A stretch of 64,000 nucleotides of DNA from Camelus ferus (GCF_009834535.1 NC_045697.1:34040001-34104000), one strand, 5' to 3'. Positions 38,961 through 51,885 are shown, counted from the stretch's first letter. Notes: a model not told the origin generated them from the letters alone. Translations and numbers: made by a program.

Positions 38961-41034
38961 GGGAGCAATTTCAATGCAACATTTTGGAAAGCACCCTAAA
39001 TGTTAATGCAGTCTCAGAGATTTTCTGAGCTGGGGTGATAGATCTATAGTGTGTTTGGGGGCCCCCTCATGTTTTAAAAGACCAGTCCTGCCCATAGCCA
39101 CCATCAAAATGGTAATCATAATATTATTGGTAACCAAAGTCTCCTATGTCTTAATTAAATAGCTTAGGGATGATGGTGCCCAGATACAAGGAAATTTGAG
39201 GCTGTGGTTTCCCACAAAGAAAGTACAAGAACTAGTTCCACTACACTCCCCCAGTACTTAAACCCATCGGGAGAATCAAATGTAATAAACTGCATTATAA
39301 CACAAAATACTCTTCTCCTTCAAGGGCTGATGGCTTTTGGCTATAATCTCACAGCTCTTGCAAAGGTTTCAAACCTCAAGAGGGTCAGACAGCACTGTGA
39401 GGTCTGAAGTATGCCTCTGAGCAATGAACATCACAATGGGAACATTTGTCATTTTTTTTTTCATCTGGAGATTTGTTATTCAGTGGTTTCAAATGAAGGT
39501 GAGTGTTTAGAAAAGCCAAACATCAGTTATTTAATAGCAGCAAAATGCGTTCGTGGAACATTTTGTACTTTTCAGAGGACTTGCCCATGCATTAGTTCAT
39601 TTCATCCAAATGGTCCTTGATTGACCTAAACGTTAAAGCAGCTTCCCGAGGTGCCTAGCGATCTTCGAGAGCACTTTATGAGCTGAAAAAAACATGACCC
39701 AAAATGAAGAAATTGCTCCAAAAGCATCCTGTAAAATCAAGACACCGTTATTATACACATTCATAAATTGTGAAGCTACTGAGCTAAATCCTTAAGGGAA
39801 TGGTGGGGATTATCCCAAGATTTTTCAATCCCTCACTGTTTACTTTGTTTTTAACACCATTTTCTGCAGGGCTAATCTCTTAAGTCCAATTTTACCTTAT
39901 TAAAATGTTTAGACAAAAACATGCCTTTATTCTCATTTTGTTTTTCTCTTAATAGCCAAACCTACATATCCCCTTTAAAGAAAAACTGAAGGTAATATGT
40001 TGTCAAAAGACCCTACACTGAAAATACTTGTCACAATTAAGACGGGGCCCAAATATTTCTCCCTTTGCAAAGCAGATGGTGACTTCTTTTTTAAATAAAA
40101 TGGTGATCTGTGTTTCTGCCTGTGTGCATCAGACATGAAGTAAAAGCAAATTTCTATTTTGTTCCACTCTGGGAGCCTGTTACATTGACCAACATGAGTG
40201 GTGAGGAGGGAGGGAATTGCCTAATTTGTTCAAATATAATCACACGATGTACAACAAAGGCACTGGCTGTCTTGACTCTCTGCAGGAAAGCTTTAAAAAA
40301 AAAATGAACAGACACGGAGTAATCTTTAGAATCCTCTTGTTATTCTGCTGGTGGAGTCTGTAGCTAAGGAGACATCTGTGATGTGGGATAAGGAAGATCA
40401 TTTTCTCTGAAATATGAAGAGTGGAGTAAAAAGATCACTTTTTGAATTCAAAACCTAAAAAGAATCTTATTCTTTGCCCATATGTTTTTTAAATGATTGA
40501 TTGCTGGAATACTGCCGTTCAGAGCTGATTTTTTTTTTCTGTTTATTTGGTTTTAGAAAATAAAAATGGAACCTAATCTCCTAAAATATGTAAGGAAAGA
40601 GCTAAATTTCTATTACAAGAGTGGAAGGCACTGGCTGTGTTGATCATATAATGTGTCTTTAAACTTGGTTCTAATTACGGTGTACAGCCATGTTCCTATT
40701 GAGGTGGGAGTGTGGATGAAACCTTGCTTCAAAGGTACTTTCTGCTATTGATTTGATTATACAGTTCTATGGAGCAAATCATACATGCCTCTACGGTTAG
40801 TCCTATGAATAGCATCTCTCCTATTTCAATATAAAATATCTATCATTACAATGAAGAGTCTAATGTATTTCCTTTGAATCTGAATTTGGATAATCAAAAC
40901 TATTCATCAAATACTATTTGTGTTAGCACATGCAAAGGAAAATGGAGCTTTGAGTCAAGAATCCATACAATTGAGACCCACAAGCCACTTTCACATGAAG
41001 CATCCCTGGCAATTCAAGCTGTGCTAAGAGGAAA

Positions 41035-41280
41035 TAATAAAATCACCAATTTTTACTGAGTGCTGTGTTGCACCTGACACTATTTTAAATGCTTTGTACA
41101 TGTTAATTCATTCACTTCTCACAATAACCCTCTGAAAATAAGTATTACTATTTCTAGTTTATAAATGAAATCATAGAAATTTTAAGTAATTTGACAAAAA
41201 TCAAACAGCTAGTGAATACAGGAGCCAGAATTCAAACCTAGTTAATTGGGTTCCAGAACCCAAGCCTGTAACCACTATGT
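41035..41280 (-). mobile_element. MIR SINE
   Basis: tttactgagtgct…ctcacaataaccctctga…acagctagtgaatacaggagccagaattcaaacctag. Confidence 0.8.
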
Positions 41281-41379
41281 GCAGATATTGGAGAAACTAG
41301 TGGCAAGAAGTAAACATGGTACATTATATGGTTTATTGGGTAAGATTAAACCGAAAGAAAATAAAACGAGGAGGTCAAA

Positions 41380-42570
41380 GGAGCACCAGTGATTTTGTTT
41401 GGAGGGAAGCCTTAGTATCAGAAGAAATTTCTCCTGGAGACTTAATGAAAATATCTGTGGGTTGATAGGAACTTAGCCAAAGGGACAAGGTTAAAAAACA
41501 TTCCAGAGATTCAGGCAGAAACCAAAGCATACTGAAAGGCCCTGTGGCAAGAAGAAACATGGGTATCTGAGGAGCTAAAGCTGGAGCCAGAATGGCTGGG
41601 GTCAGAGTGGGGAGCCAGAGGGAGAAGCAGTCAGAGAAGAAAGGCAGCGTCCCCCTCAGGGCTTTGTGGGCCACGTTAGTGGTCCCAGTCTGTGCCCCGA
41701 GAGAAGTGGGAAACGACTGAGAGAACTTAGGCAAAGGGGTGATGTGAACAGATGTGCACTTTGAGATCAGTCACCTGGCTGACCCTCTGAAACACAGTTT
41801 GAGAGTCCTCGAGGGGAAGCGTCTTGACCAGGTGAAAAAATATTGCAATAGCATTGGCCGAAAATGACAACGCAGAGATATCAGTGGAGTGGAAGAAAAC
41901 TGAGTGATTCAAGAGATGCTCCAGTGTTAAGTTTTTTTAATGATGACAAGTTAGATATTGGAGATAAGGAAGAAAATGTCAAAGATGGCCCTCAAATTTC
42001 CGACTAGGGCAACTCTCGAGATGAGAGGTTTGGGTGAGGAGACCAGGAGGTCCTGTTGAAGATGCTGGACTTGAGGTGGTTTCAGGTATCTACTGAAGTT
42101 GTCAAGTTCACAGTGAGAGGTCTAGGTTGTACATATACATTTGGAGGTTATCAAGGCAAAGGGAATTGTAAAAACCACCGCCCCTGCATACTTCATCCAG
42201 GGACAAAATTTAAATAAGTGAGAAGAGAGGGCAGCCTAGGACCCAGCCTTGGGTCAAGATAAGTCAACAAAGAATTATAAGACAGAGCTTCCTAAGTAGG
42301 AGCAGGACCAGCAAAAAATGATGTCAGGGAAGCAAGTAGACTAGAGTTTCAAGAAAGAAGGCAAAGATAACAGGGTCAAATGCTGCTGAGAGATCAAGTA
42401 AAGTGAGGACTGAAAAACTGAATATAGCAAAATGAGAGTAAGAGTCATGGCTATATTAGCATTTGGGAATGATGGAATCAGAAGTCAGGCCAGAGTAAGG
42501 TGAATGTTAGTAAGTCAGTGCAGGAACTGGGGACAACTCTAGAAATTTTGCTGTGAAGCAAGGAGGGGAT
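41380..42570 (-). mobile_element. LINE-2 fragment
   Basis: aaaggccctgtggcaagaag…ggctttgtgggccacg…agatcagtcacctggctg…caaatgctgctgagagatcaagtaaagtgaggactga. Confidence 0.8.
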
Positions 42571-43225
42571 TAGAATGGCAGCAAGAGAGAGAGAATGGGA
42601 TAAAGGGAACGACCTCAGGCATCAAATTCAAATCTCTAATGATAGTATCTCAGAATCTGCCGGCACTACTGAACTATTGATCCAACACAGATTTGTAATA
42701 TTTGAACCTTTTCAAAGGAATGAGTACTTTAAATTGATCATAAATGTGTACAGGGTCCTAGGAGATTCTTTTTCTTTCATACAGAGATCCATTAACCTGG
42801 CCTCAATTTTAACTATGGAGAAGCCCTATCGAGCTAGATATTCAGAAGACAGAACAGGGTGCATATAAAAGTTTAGATTGTTTTCCATCTGTTGCTTAGG
42901 AAGTAAAAAGAAGAACCTTTCCCTGAAGACACCTAAGAAATAGCTATTTAAAAATCTTTAGGCATCAACCATTCTTTGTCAATTTTTATTAAATAATTTT
43001 AAAACACACACTGTATACCAGCTCTTGTGTTTGATGTTGAGAATATAAAGGTGAAAAAAGACAGAATCCTTGATCTCAAGATGTTTATTTAACAACAGAA
43101 GAAGAATACATGTAAACAGATGTCATTTTTGTAGATTGTAAAATGCTATAAAGAGATATGCACAAATGCTATGTCGAAGGGGTATGTGAGCCACCAGATT
43201 GAAAGAAGATACGTGTCTAAGCATT

Positions 43226-43228
<3 letters not shown>

Positions 43229-43260
<32 letters not shown>
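43229..43260. repeat. (GT)16 microsatellite
   Basis: Seen directly. Confidence 0.97.
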
Positions 43261-43262
<2 letters not shown>

Positions 43263-44308
43263 ACCCAAGGGGGATCATTCCATGGAAATGGAGACTCCTG
43301 AGTTGAGTTTTAAATAATATTAACAGTTTGCATTTATTGAAAAATTATAATGTGCCAGGTAAAGTGGTGAGCACTTTACAACTTAACCAATTTACTATTC
43401 CTATTTTAGAGATAAAGAAACGGAGGTGAAAAGAATTTAAGTGACTTGTTCATTGAAGTACAAGCTAATGCGTGTGAAAGTTGGGATTCAAATCCAGTCT
43501 TCCTCCAGAGTCTAACTTCTATATCACCATGTCATATACCATATACCATGGCATATAATTAGAGATTAGCCAACCTGTGTGTGTGTGTTGGTAATGGGAA
43601 AGGGAAAGAAATCCAAGTCTGAAAATCAGTTCATCTTACTCGTCTCTATTTCCTAATTTCACTGTGTACACAGGACACTGAAAGAGCTATCCAAGGGTTG
43701 GAAAGAAGATAGGACTTTCCTGGATCATTTTTAGGACATAAGTAAGCAGAAAAGGGCTTATGATAGTATAATCTATGATTCTGGTCCCCAAGTTACCAAT
43801 ATAGAACAGAAATAGAATGAATACATTTTAAAGTTTGGTAAGGATGAACTGGAGGGTAATTTTCTATTTAGGTTAATAAGCCCATCTTGAGAAAAACAGC
43901 CCACAGAGAAGTAATGCTAGTCCTTTCCCAATGATTCTTAGTTCGGCTCCCTCAGACCTCCTGGCAATCAAGGCACTTAGGGCACCATAGGTGATTAATA
44001 GCATTGTAGGCTGGAAAGGATGAGTAAACAGAAGATCATAAAAGAGAAACAGTGTTCACCTTGACAGGGGCAGGGAGACATTAGGATCAATCATGGCTAC
44101 CTTCCCAAACACTGAATCAAGGCAGAAGAAAATTCTGGGAGCTAAGGACCTCAGTAACAGCTCTGAGTTCAAGAGAGGAAAGAAGCTAATCACTTTATCA
44201 CCAGTGATACTCCGATCTAATCACTGGAGATAAAAATAGTCTAAAATCACACAGTCCAAATTGCATGCATGAGGAAAGGAACATAATAGAATCTTCCCCC
44301 TTATGACC

Positions 44309-44652
44309 TGCAATGGACTGGATATTCATGTCCCCCCAAATTCTTACATTTAAATCTAATCCCCAATGTGATGGTATTTGGAGATGGGGCCTTTAAGAGA
44401 TGACTGGGTCATGAGGATCAATCCTTAATGAATGAGATTCATGTCCTTATAAAAGAGACCCCAGAGAGCGCCTTTGCCCCTTCCACCACGTGAAGACACA
44501 ACAAGAAGACAGCCGTCTATGAAGCAGGAAGCAGGCCTTCACAAGACACCAAATCTGCTAACACCTCCAGAACTGTGAGAAATAAATTTCCGCTGTTTAT
44601 AAGGCACTCAATCTACAATATTCTGTTATAGCAGCCCTGGATGACTAAGGCA
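44309..44652 (+). mobile_element. MLT1A-like solo LTR
   Basis: TG…CA ends; tgtccccccaaattc…gtgatggtatttggagatggggccttt…ccagaactgtgagaaataaattt…gttatagcagcc…gactaaggca. Confidence 0.9.
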
Positions 44653-44884
44653 GGACAATAACCACCAGAGAAGGGACTAGAAGAGGCTAATATTGCATGG
44701 ATTTTTTTTTTTTTTAAGAATTCTGGAGTGAGGATTTGGGGAAGATTATCATTTAATGAACTGAGGGGTCATTAAGGGATAGTAGAAAAGCAGCTGAAGG
44801 GCAGCTGGGAGGAAGAAATCCTCCAAACTGTTCAATTTATTATGTGGGTTTTCTTCTTGTTGCCAAGCTTCTTGCCTTCTTGTA

Positions 44885-45490
44885 ATGACAAAAGAAAATT
44901 ACAAAATAAAGGAAGAGGAAGAAGAAAAAGAAGAAAAGGCAGAAAGAGAAGAAGAGAAGAAAGAGGAGGAGGAGAGAGAGAACCAAGAACATCACAGTAA
45001 AATGACAAAAGGCAGAAAAGAAATGTAAGGGGCAAATCAAAGCATAAAATTAAAAGATAATAAAATAAAGAAAAAATTTAGCCTAAAAAATATGAAGTTC
45101 AATAAAGACAAAACCTAAAGAGTAGAATAAAAGAAAAAAAAACTAAAACCAGTGAGATTTAAAAAATAAATCAAAATGTGAAAATAAGGATAAAAGATTA
45201 AAAATAAAACTGGCATAAATGAAAAAACATAAAAGGACTAGAACCAGTGAGATAAAAAGCTGGAAACATGAAAGTCAGAGGGTTGAAAGATAAAAGCTAA
45301 AACAAGTAAATCCAAGTTAAGAGCAGTACTTCGAAGTTGAACATAAAATTCTTTTAAAGAGTGTTTAAAAGTTGTTTTCTTCTTAAAAATAGAAGAGAAA
45401 AAAAAAGAATTTGAGATAGAAAGGGAAGACAAGGGAAAAACAAGAATCTCAAAGAATTAAGCAAAACAAACAAAAATAGAAATAGGGGGA
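44885..45490. repeat. A/G-rich low-complexity tract
   Basis: Near-pure purine run at ~44908-44982, followed by A-rich sequence. Confidence 0.8.
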
Positions 45491-45674
45491 AATTAAGTAA
45501 TCAGCATGCACCATGGCAACAAGAAACTCTAAAATAATATTGAGATGCTGATTTATACTTCAGCATATGTTCTTGATGTAATTAGGAAACAAAAGCAATA
45601 GGCCAGGAAAGATATGAACTCCTACAAACCACACTCTGGAAATCTACCCTCCTTCCACGTCCCCAGTCCTCATC

Positions 45675-45710
<36 letters not shown>

Positions 45711-46029
45711 CTGTTTTCTCCAATCCTCAACCCAGCCTTCACACTTGCTTAGAGTAAGAAGTACAGAGCGCTTGAGTATGGCTAATCCTATGTAAAACTG
45801 CAAAAGATACAGACCTATTTTGTTTTTTATTTGGTTATCCTTTCAATATCCTCCAACCCTTTAATCTATTATTCATCCATGAGTTAGTTACCACTTAGTT
45901 TGAATTACTTTAATTCTACCATTTCCAGGATAACCTTCATCTTAAAAGAAGGCCCACTGGAGAGGTATTTTGGACCGGGATCCTTTCTTCCCATACTGGT
46001 TGATGGTGATTAGTAACAGCACAAAGATT

Positions 46030-46533
46030 TACGTTCAGTGTCTGCCCTTTGCTTCATCCCCAGCACCCACACCCATCCTGCCATCTCTCTCCCTCCTTCT
46101 CCACTCTGCTCTGTGTTCTGGGAGGCTGGCTTCTATGGCCTGTGTCCAGGGTTTTGCTTACTCTCAGCCTTGGTTGATTTTACCAGTGGGAGGCATGGGC
46201 AGGATATTGGAGAATGAGAGGAGAGTGAGATCAAGCTAATTATTTGTGGTTCTCTCACAGCCATGAACTGAGTCCATCCCTCTACCAAGGCCACAGCTCC
46301 TGCTTGACGGCCTCCTCCCTCTGGATTCTGGGCACAGACAATCTGCTTCCTCCTCGTGACCCTTCAGTGTTAACTGCGGTTGGTAACTGGCTCCCTGGCA
46401 GTTGCTCGTCCTGGTATACTTAATCCCTTGTTGCTTTCCCTTAGCCCTGTGCTCAGGGTTTTAAATAGCTCTTTTATTAACTCCCCAGCACTGAGTGTGC
46501 CGTCTGTTTCCTGCTGGGACCCTGACTGACACA
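46030..46533 (+). mobile_element. LTR41-like ERVL LTR
   Basis: 3' end gagtgtgccgtctgtttcctgctgggaccctgactgacaca; internal ggagaatgagaggagagtgagatca. Confidence 0.7.
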
Positions 46534-48051
46534 GTAGGTGAAATATGTCATGGGCGAATTTAACTTTGGCGTTTCCCACCCTGACCTCAGTGCTCATACT
46601 ACCCACAGGCTGCCCGTAGCTCTCCCCATTCTGACCTGCCTCCAGGGCTCTTAAAGCCATTGCATCATCTAGCATGAGTCTGACTTCCTTCTCCACCTAA
46701 ACTTGTCTGTATATTGAGCCCTTTTCCCAAGACCCAGATCTCTTCAGTGCAGATGAATCCCTAGAACTAATCTCTGCCAGAAAATGAATTATCGCTCACC
46801 CAGGTAAGGAAAATGTTTCCTAATGGCCCTTAAATTACATCAAAATGAATTGCAAAAAATAAATTAACTAGCATCTCTTCCTCCAATTTTGTCCTCCACC
46901 CATCTATTCTAAGCACTGCAACTGGATTAATTTCTCTATGAGGACATTTTCATTATGCTACCCACTGATTTTAAAAGCCTCAATTGTTTCTCATTATCCA
47001 TGGGATAAATTCAAGCATTTAAGATCCATAGTCTGGCTCCAAACAAATCTTCAGTTTCATCCATCACCACAGAGTACCTTAGCATTAAGAGAACAGTGTA
47101 AAGTGAGGACAGGAAAGAATCTGAACATTACCCCCACTTTCCGAAAACATTTCTCCTTGTTTTTGCCAATAACAGAAGTGTAACACTACGTAGCAGGGGT
47201 GGACTCCTCCACAAGAGGGCGTTTGTGAGTTTTCTTTGACTTGAGTTTCTACCATGATGGAAAGGTGCAAGGTTTACATTGCCATGGAACAATAATACTG
47301 TGACTTATGCTTCACAATTTACCAGACTGATTCTGTGTGCTGTCAAGTTTCACTTCTATTTCTTCTTAAATCATTCAAATGTTTTCTGAGATTCTGTGAC
47401 CATTAAGTGACTGAATTGTGAGGTGATTATCAGTTGCGGTACCAAGGTAATTTGATGTGTCCTGATCCCAGGACCGCATAGTCTTCTTCCAGCATAACCT
47501 GGACGTACCCGCCGTGTGCACTCTGACTTCCTTCCTTCTAAACCTCTTTAGTCTCTTCCTGAAATGTCTTTGAGTTTCCTCTCTGCCTGTCCAAGTACTG
47601 CTGGCACATGTCATGTGCTAAATAATCAGTGGGCATTACCATTATCATTACCTGCCACTCAGAACTCATGTCAAGCACTATTCTCTGGAGACAGTACAGG
47701 TGACCAGTGAATGTGTCCTATACTACGTTACAGCATGTGTCTCTCAGTACCTGGTCAGGTGTCCTTGATTCGAGTCTAAGTGCCTTTAGGGAGCTACCAG
47801 GTCTAATATCTCTCTGTAGCCCACATCAGCACACCACTCCAGGAATGGATAGAAAATGGAAAGCCAATAAATAATTTCTAGGAAAAGTCAAAGCTTCCTC
47901 CATCTACAAAAGGCAACCCCAAAGGGGACAGACCTCCCAGCTGTCAGAAGAGGGTAACTTGACCGTACTTCTCTATTCTGCTCATAGAGACCCTAAACTA
48001 TTTCCAAAAAGGAAAGTGTTAACGATTGACCTTCTACCTGAACAGAGTCAA

Positions 48052-48061
48052 ATGCTTTTTC
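48052..48061 (-). pseudogene. MT-TS2: NUMT: first ~10 nt of mitochondrial tRNA-Ser(AGY)
   Basis: GAAAAAGCAT directly follows tRNA-His, matching the ND4-His-Ser gene order. Confidence 0.75.
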
Positions 48062-48130
48062 GGTAAATAAAGAGGTTTGATCTCTTATTACTAGATTCAC
48101 AATCTAGTGTTCTTTTTAAACTATATTTAC
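48062..48130 (-). pseudogene. MT-TH: NUMT copy of mitochondrial tRNA-His (GTG), complete 69 nt
   Basis: GTAAATATAGTTTAAAAAGAACACTAGATTGTGAATCTAGTAATAAGAGATCAAACCTCTTTATTTACC. Acceptor GTAAATA/TATTTAC, anticodon arm CTAGA-TTGTGAA-TCTAG, T-arm AAGAG/CTCTT. Confidence 0.95.
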
Positions 48131-48344
48131 AGTAGGTAAGTCCTATGATGATTTTGGGGTTGAGTGATAGTATTAGTAGGGGTAACATGTGTAGGGCCAT
48201 GAGGGTATTTTCTCGTGTATAAGTAGGCTTAATGTTGTTGATATGGTGAGTGTGTTTGCCTCGTTGTGTCATGATAAGCATATACAGTGAGTAAAGGGCC
48301 GTAATTATCATATTAGCTCCTATTAGGATGATTGTAATGTTGGA
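48131..48344 (-). pseudogene. MT-ND4: NUMT: last 71 codons of mitochondrial ND4 plus the incomplete stop T
   Basis: Mitochondrial-code translation [71 protein letters not shown], then a single T abutting tRNA-His as in mammalian mtDNA. Confidence 0.96.
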
Positions 48345-48570
48345 CCCCACAATTTACTGGCTCAAACAAGGCACTTGTTTCTCTCTTGTGTGGCAGTCCA
48401 GAGGTAGGTGGATGGTCCAGGGTAGGTAAGTGGTTCTATTCCAGAAGGATGTCCAGAGACCCAGGTTCCTTTCTCTTTGTTTTTGGCTGTGCCATCCCAT
48501 AAGCAGTTGCCCTTATCCACGTGATCAAAGCTGGCCAAGCACATCCACATTCTAGGTCACAGGAAGTGGA
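48345..48570 (-). mobile_element. Old MLT1 (J/K-like) LTR next to the NUMT
   Basis: ccccacaatttactggctcaaacaag…cagtcca…cagagacccaggttcctttc…ggctgtgccatccc. Confidence 0.6.
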
Positions 48571-48929
48571 GGGAGGCCAATGTCCCTCAAGCCATCCCAG
48601 TCAACACTAGGTTGTCAGCCATGGTTAGGGATGGGCATCAAGGAGGTAGGCTGTGCTCTGGGGGTGGATGTTCCAAGCCCGGTGTCATTGGACTACTGCC
48701 ACCCAAAAACCTGAAGCCCTTGTTTGCATATATCAAAAATATGCCCGATGGCTAGCCTCCCAACTGCAGCTTGTGGGTATATGCAGCCTAAATATGAGTT
48801 AATATATAAATATCCTGTAACTGAGGGTGTCCAGGCCTGCCATGCTCCCTTTCTCCAGTCTCCTGGCCCTGACCTCATTGGTGTGATCCGCTCTCCAGGA
48901 GCCACAGGCTCAGGCTTCATACTCTAAGC

Positions 48930-49116
48930 CATTGTTCTTCAGTGTGGACACCTTTGCCGCCTAGGGGACATTTGGCAATGTCTGTTTGTCATAACTGGAG
49001 AGGGGAGGTACTATTGGCCAGGGAAGTTGTAAACATCCTACATATTCAGGAGAGCCCCCTCATGACAAAGATGGATTAGGCACAAAATGTAATAGTGCCA
49101 AGGCTGAGCAGCCTTG
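48930..49116 (+). mobile_element. MER20 DNA transposon
   Basis: aggggacatttggcaatgtctg…aaacatcctaca…caaaatgtaatagtgccaaggctgag. Confidence 0.85.
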
Positions 49117-50941
49117 CTCTAGGACAATTCTGATTCTTCCCTGAAATCTCACTGGGAGCCAGGGCCACGCTCCCAGCACAGCAGATTCTTGTAGTTGGCA
49201 ACGTGCTTTCTATCCACACTACGGCCTGCTTTTCTCACTATACATAGCTTCAGACCTTTAGGTTTTTATAAAAGCTAATAATCTCAGTAGTCTATGACAA
49301 CTAGCATTGTTTTAGATGGACTTTTTAGTGAAATAAAATTTTATTATCTTTTATGGATTGTTAAAGTTTGTCCTCAACACAAACAAAGGATGAAGAATAG
49401 GCAATTAAGTTAGTGGGTAGAGCACAGGTCTGTGGACCAGGTTCTGAGTCTTGCTCTGCTACTAACCAGCTATGCAATTGTGATTAAATCGTAGTCTTTT
49501 CTCCTTTTAGTAAAAAGAAGAGTTAGACTCATTTAAGACATCAAATTAGTCTTGCTGTGTCTAGTCCCCAGTTGCAATAATCACCTCTTCACTTCTCTTT
49601 CTTTTCTATTTACATACACACATGCACGCACACACACACGCACGCACGCATGCCTGCATACACACATATACCCTCATTCCTACAAAAGATGTTAATTTCC
49701 TCAGTTAAGTTTACATTCCCTAGAATTAAACCAGCAGCAATTTACAACAACAGTTATTAAGACCACAGGCAAATCTATCCATATCCTCATCTATTTCTTT
49801 TTTCTAATTTCAAATTTGCAATTCCTCAACTTAACTGTGTGAGTGTGGCCAAGTCTTAATCTCTCTGGGCCTTCACTTCTACTTGGCAAAGTAAGGGAGT
49901 TAATTTCTAAATTCCTTTCTAGTTCTAATAGAATTTTCCTACCCAGAACTTCTTCTGGCTCAACCTTGCACCCTCTTAAGCACGTGTGATGATTAGTGTC
50001 ATGAAAATATAATCACACTCACAAGTGAAGACATCAGCATTCCATAAAACGGTAGCAGGAAAAATGCTTATTTTTCATAACTTTAAGAATAATGACTGAC
50101 CATAAATAGGCAGAAAAGGGTGGTTATTTTGAGAATCTATCTTTGCAGTCTTTGTTTCCCTTTTTCACTGTATTTTCTAGCCCACACTAAAGGAAACGGA
50201 CAGTGAAAAATCAAATTTAAATCTAGACATAACAGAGATGCTTCTTTTCAATTTCCTAAGTAACACCCAAACCTGATTTCCTGTATATAAAAAAAAAGAC
50301 ACACACACATATAATTTTATTTTTGTCCTCAAGCTTTGTAAAAATGGTTGTTTAAAATTTGGTAAGCAAATCTTTCTGCATTCCAGTAACTCACCTTTAG
50401 TTTCAGGATGCATCATAGAAAGCTTCAGGTGCCTCTTGGAATAATGATCAAGCAAAAGTTCAGTTGGCTAAAATTGAGGCTACTGATGAAGAAACTGCAT
50501 ACTATTTGTGACTTCTGGGTTTCTGGGAGGTTGCTGTGTGCACCTGATGATGGGCAGGTGTGTTCCGTGCTCCAAGGTGGATAAACATCTGGAACATTCA
50601 AGACAGAGGGCAGTGGTCTGTGGCTTGTCATTTCAGGGTTCCTCTTGCAGTAGAAGCAAGTAGTTGCCTCTAAATTCTGGGGCTTGACATCCCAGGGACA
50701 TCACCAAGCTGCTTATAAGTGGATCATAATCAGTGGACGGGAATGAGTCCTCAGACGTTCCCCTAAGGAGCAGACAGAACTATCTTCCACAACCCACAGG
50801 CTCAGTTAAATTCACTTTGTGTGAAGTAATCCAGGCTGTCATTTTAACAGCCTGCTTAGGTGACTGGTTAGCTGAACAGTCAGTACTCCTTGGATACAAT
50901 TGAGAAGTTCTATTTTTACCCCAGCCCTGGCCCCCTACGTG

Positions 50942-51437
50942 TTTTTCTTTTAATAATTATTATTATTTTATTGAAGTATAGTTGATTTACTATGTTGTGC
51001 TAACTTCTGGTGTACAGCATAGTGATTTATTTATATATATGTATAAAGGAATATATTCCTTTTCATATTCTTTTTCATTATAGGCTATTACAAGGTATTG
51101 AATACAGTTCCCTCTGCTATACAGTAGGACCTCCCTGTTTGTCTATTTTGTATATAGTAGTTTGTATCTGCTAATCCCAACTTCCTAATTTATCCCCCCA
51201 CCCCCTTCCCTCCTGGTAACCATAAGTTTATTTTCTACACCTGAGTCTGTCACTGTTCTCTAAATAAGTTTATTTGTACCCTTTTTTTTTCAGATTCCAC
51301 ATATAAGTGATATCATATGGTATTTCTCTTTCTCTGTCTGACTTACTTCACTTAGAATGATGATCTCCAGGTCCATCTATGTTGCTGCAAATGGCATTGT
51401 TTTATTCTTTTTTATGGCTGAGTAATACTCCATTGTA
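50942..51437 (-). mobile_element. LINE-1 3' end
   Basis: ttttattgaagtatagttgattta…ccaggtccatctatgttgctgcaaatggc…tatggctgagtaatactccattgta, homologous to the 7834 copy. Confidence 0.92.
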
Positions 51438-51883
51438 GTTGATAAAGTTTTTTTCCTATCCTTGCATTTCCAACCAGTTCCATAACTTTCAGCTGACTTT
51501 CACTATTTACCCAAAAAACCCAGTCCTGTTTAAAATTCCAGCCTCTTCCCACCCATCCCTATTCCACCCCCTGTAGCTCAAGGAATTGTAGTAGGAAGGA
51601 AAGCAGTGAGGTCTGCACCATCACCCTGCCTTTCTCTCTGGGACTAGATACTGGGAGGAGGGATGTACACAAAGGAAGAGAATAGGCATTGCTCATGGCT
51701 GAGTGACTGCAGTCCTGTGCCGGATGTCAGTGCTTCCCAGCTAGCCCAACCTGACCAGCATGCCCTCTGTATGCCAGGCATCTAAGGGCTGCCTCTCTCT
51801 TTGGGTCCTGGAGTGAGTTCTTCCTCATTACACAGTTCCCTGATATGAAGATAAACGGCTAGTACTACCAACTACCACTTTCC

Positions 51884-51885
<2 letters not shown>

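Noticed and set aside
48048..48350. 100-aa minus-strand ORF as a nuclear gene
   Set aside because: It is the NUMT read in the standard code, starting at a GTG in flanking DNA and running through tRNA-His. There is no promoter or splice evidence.
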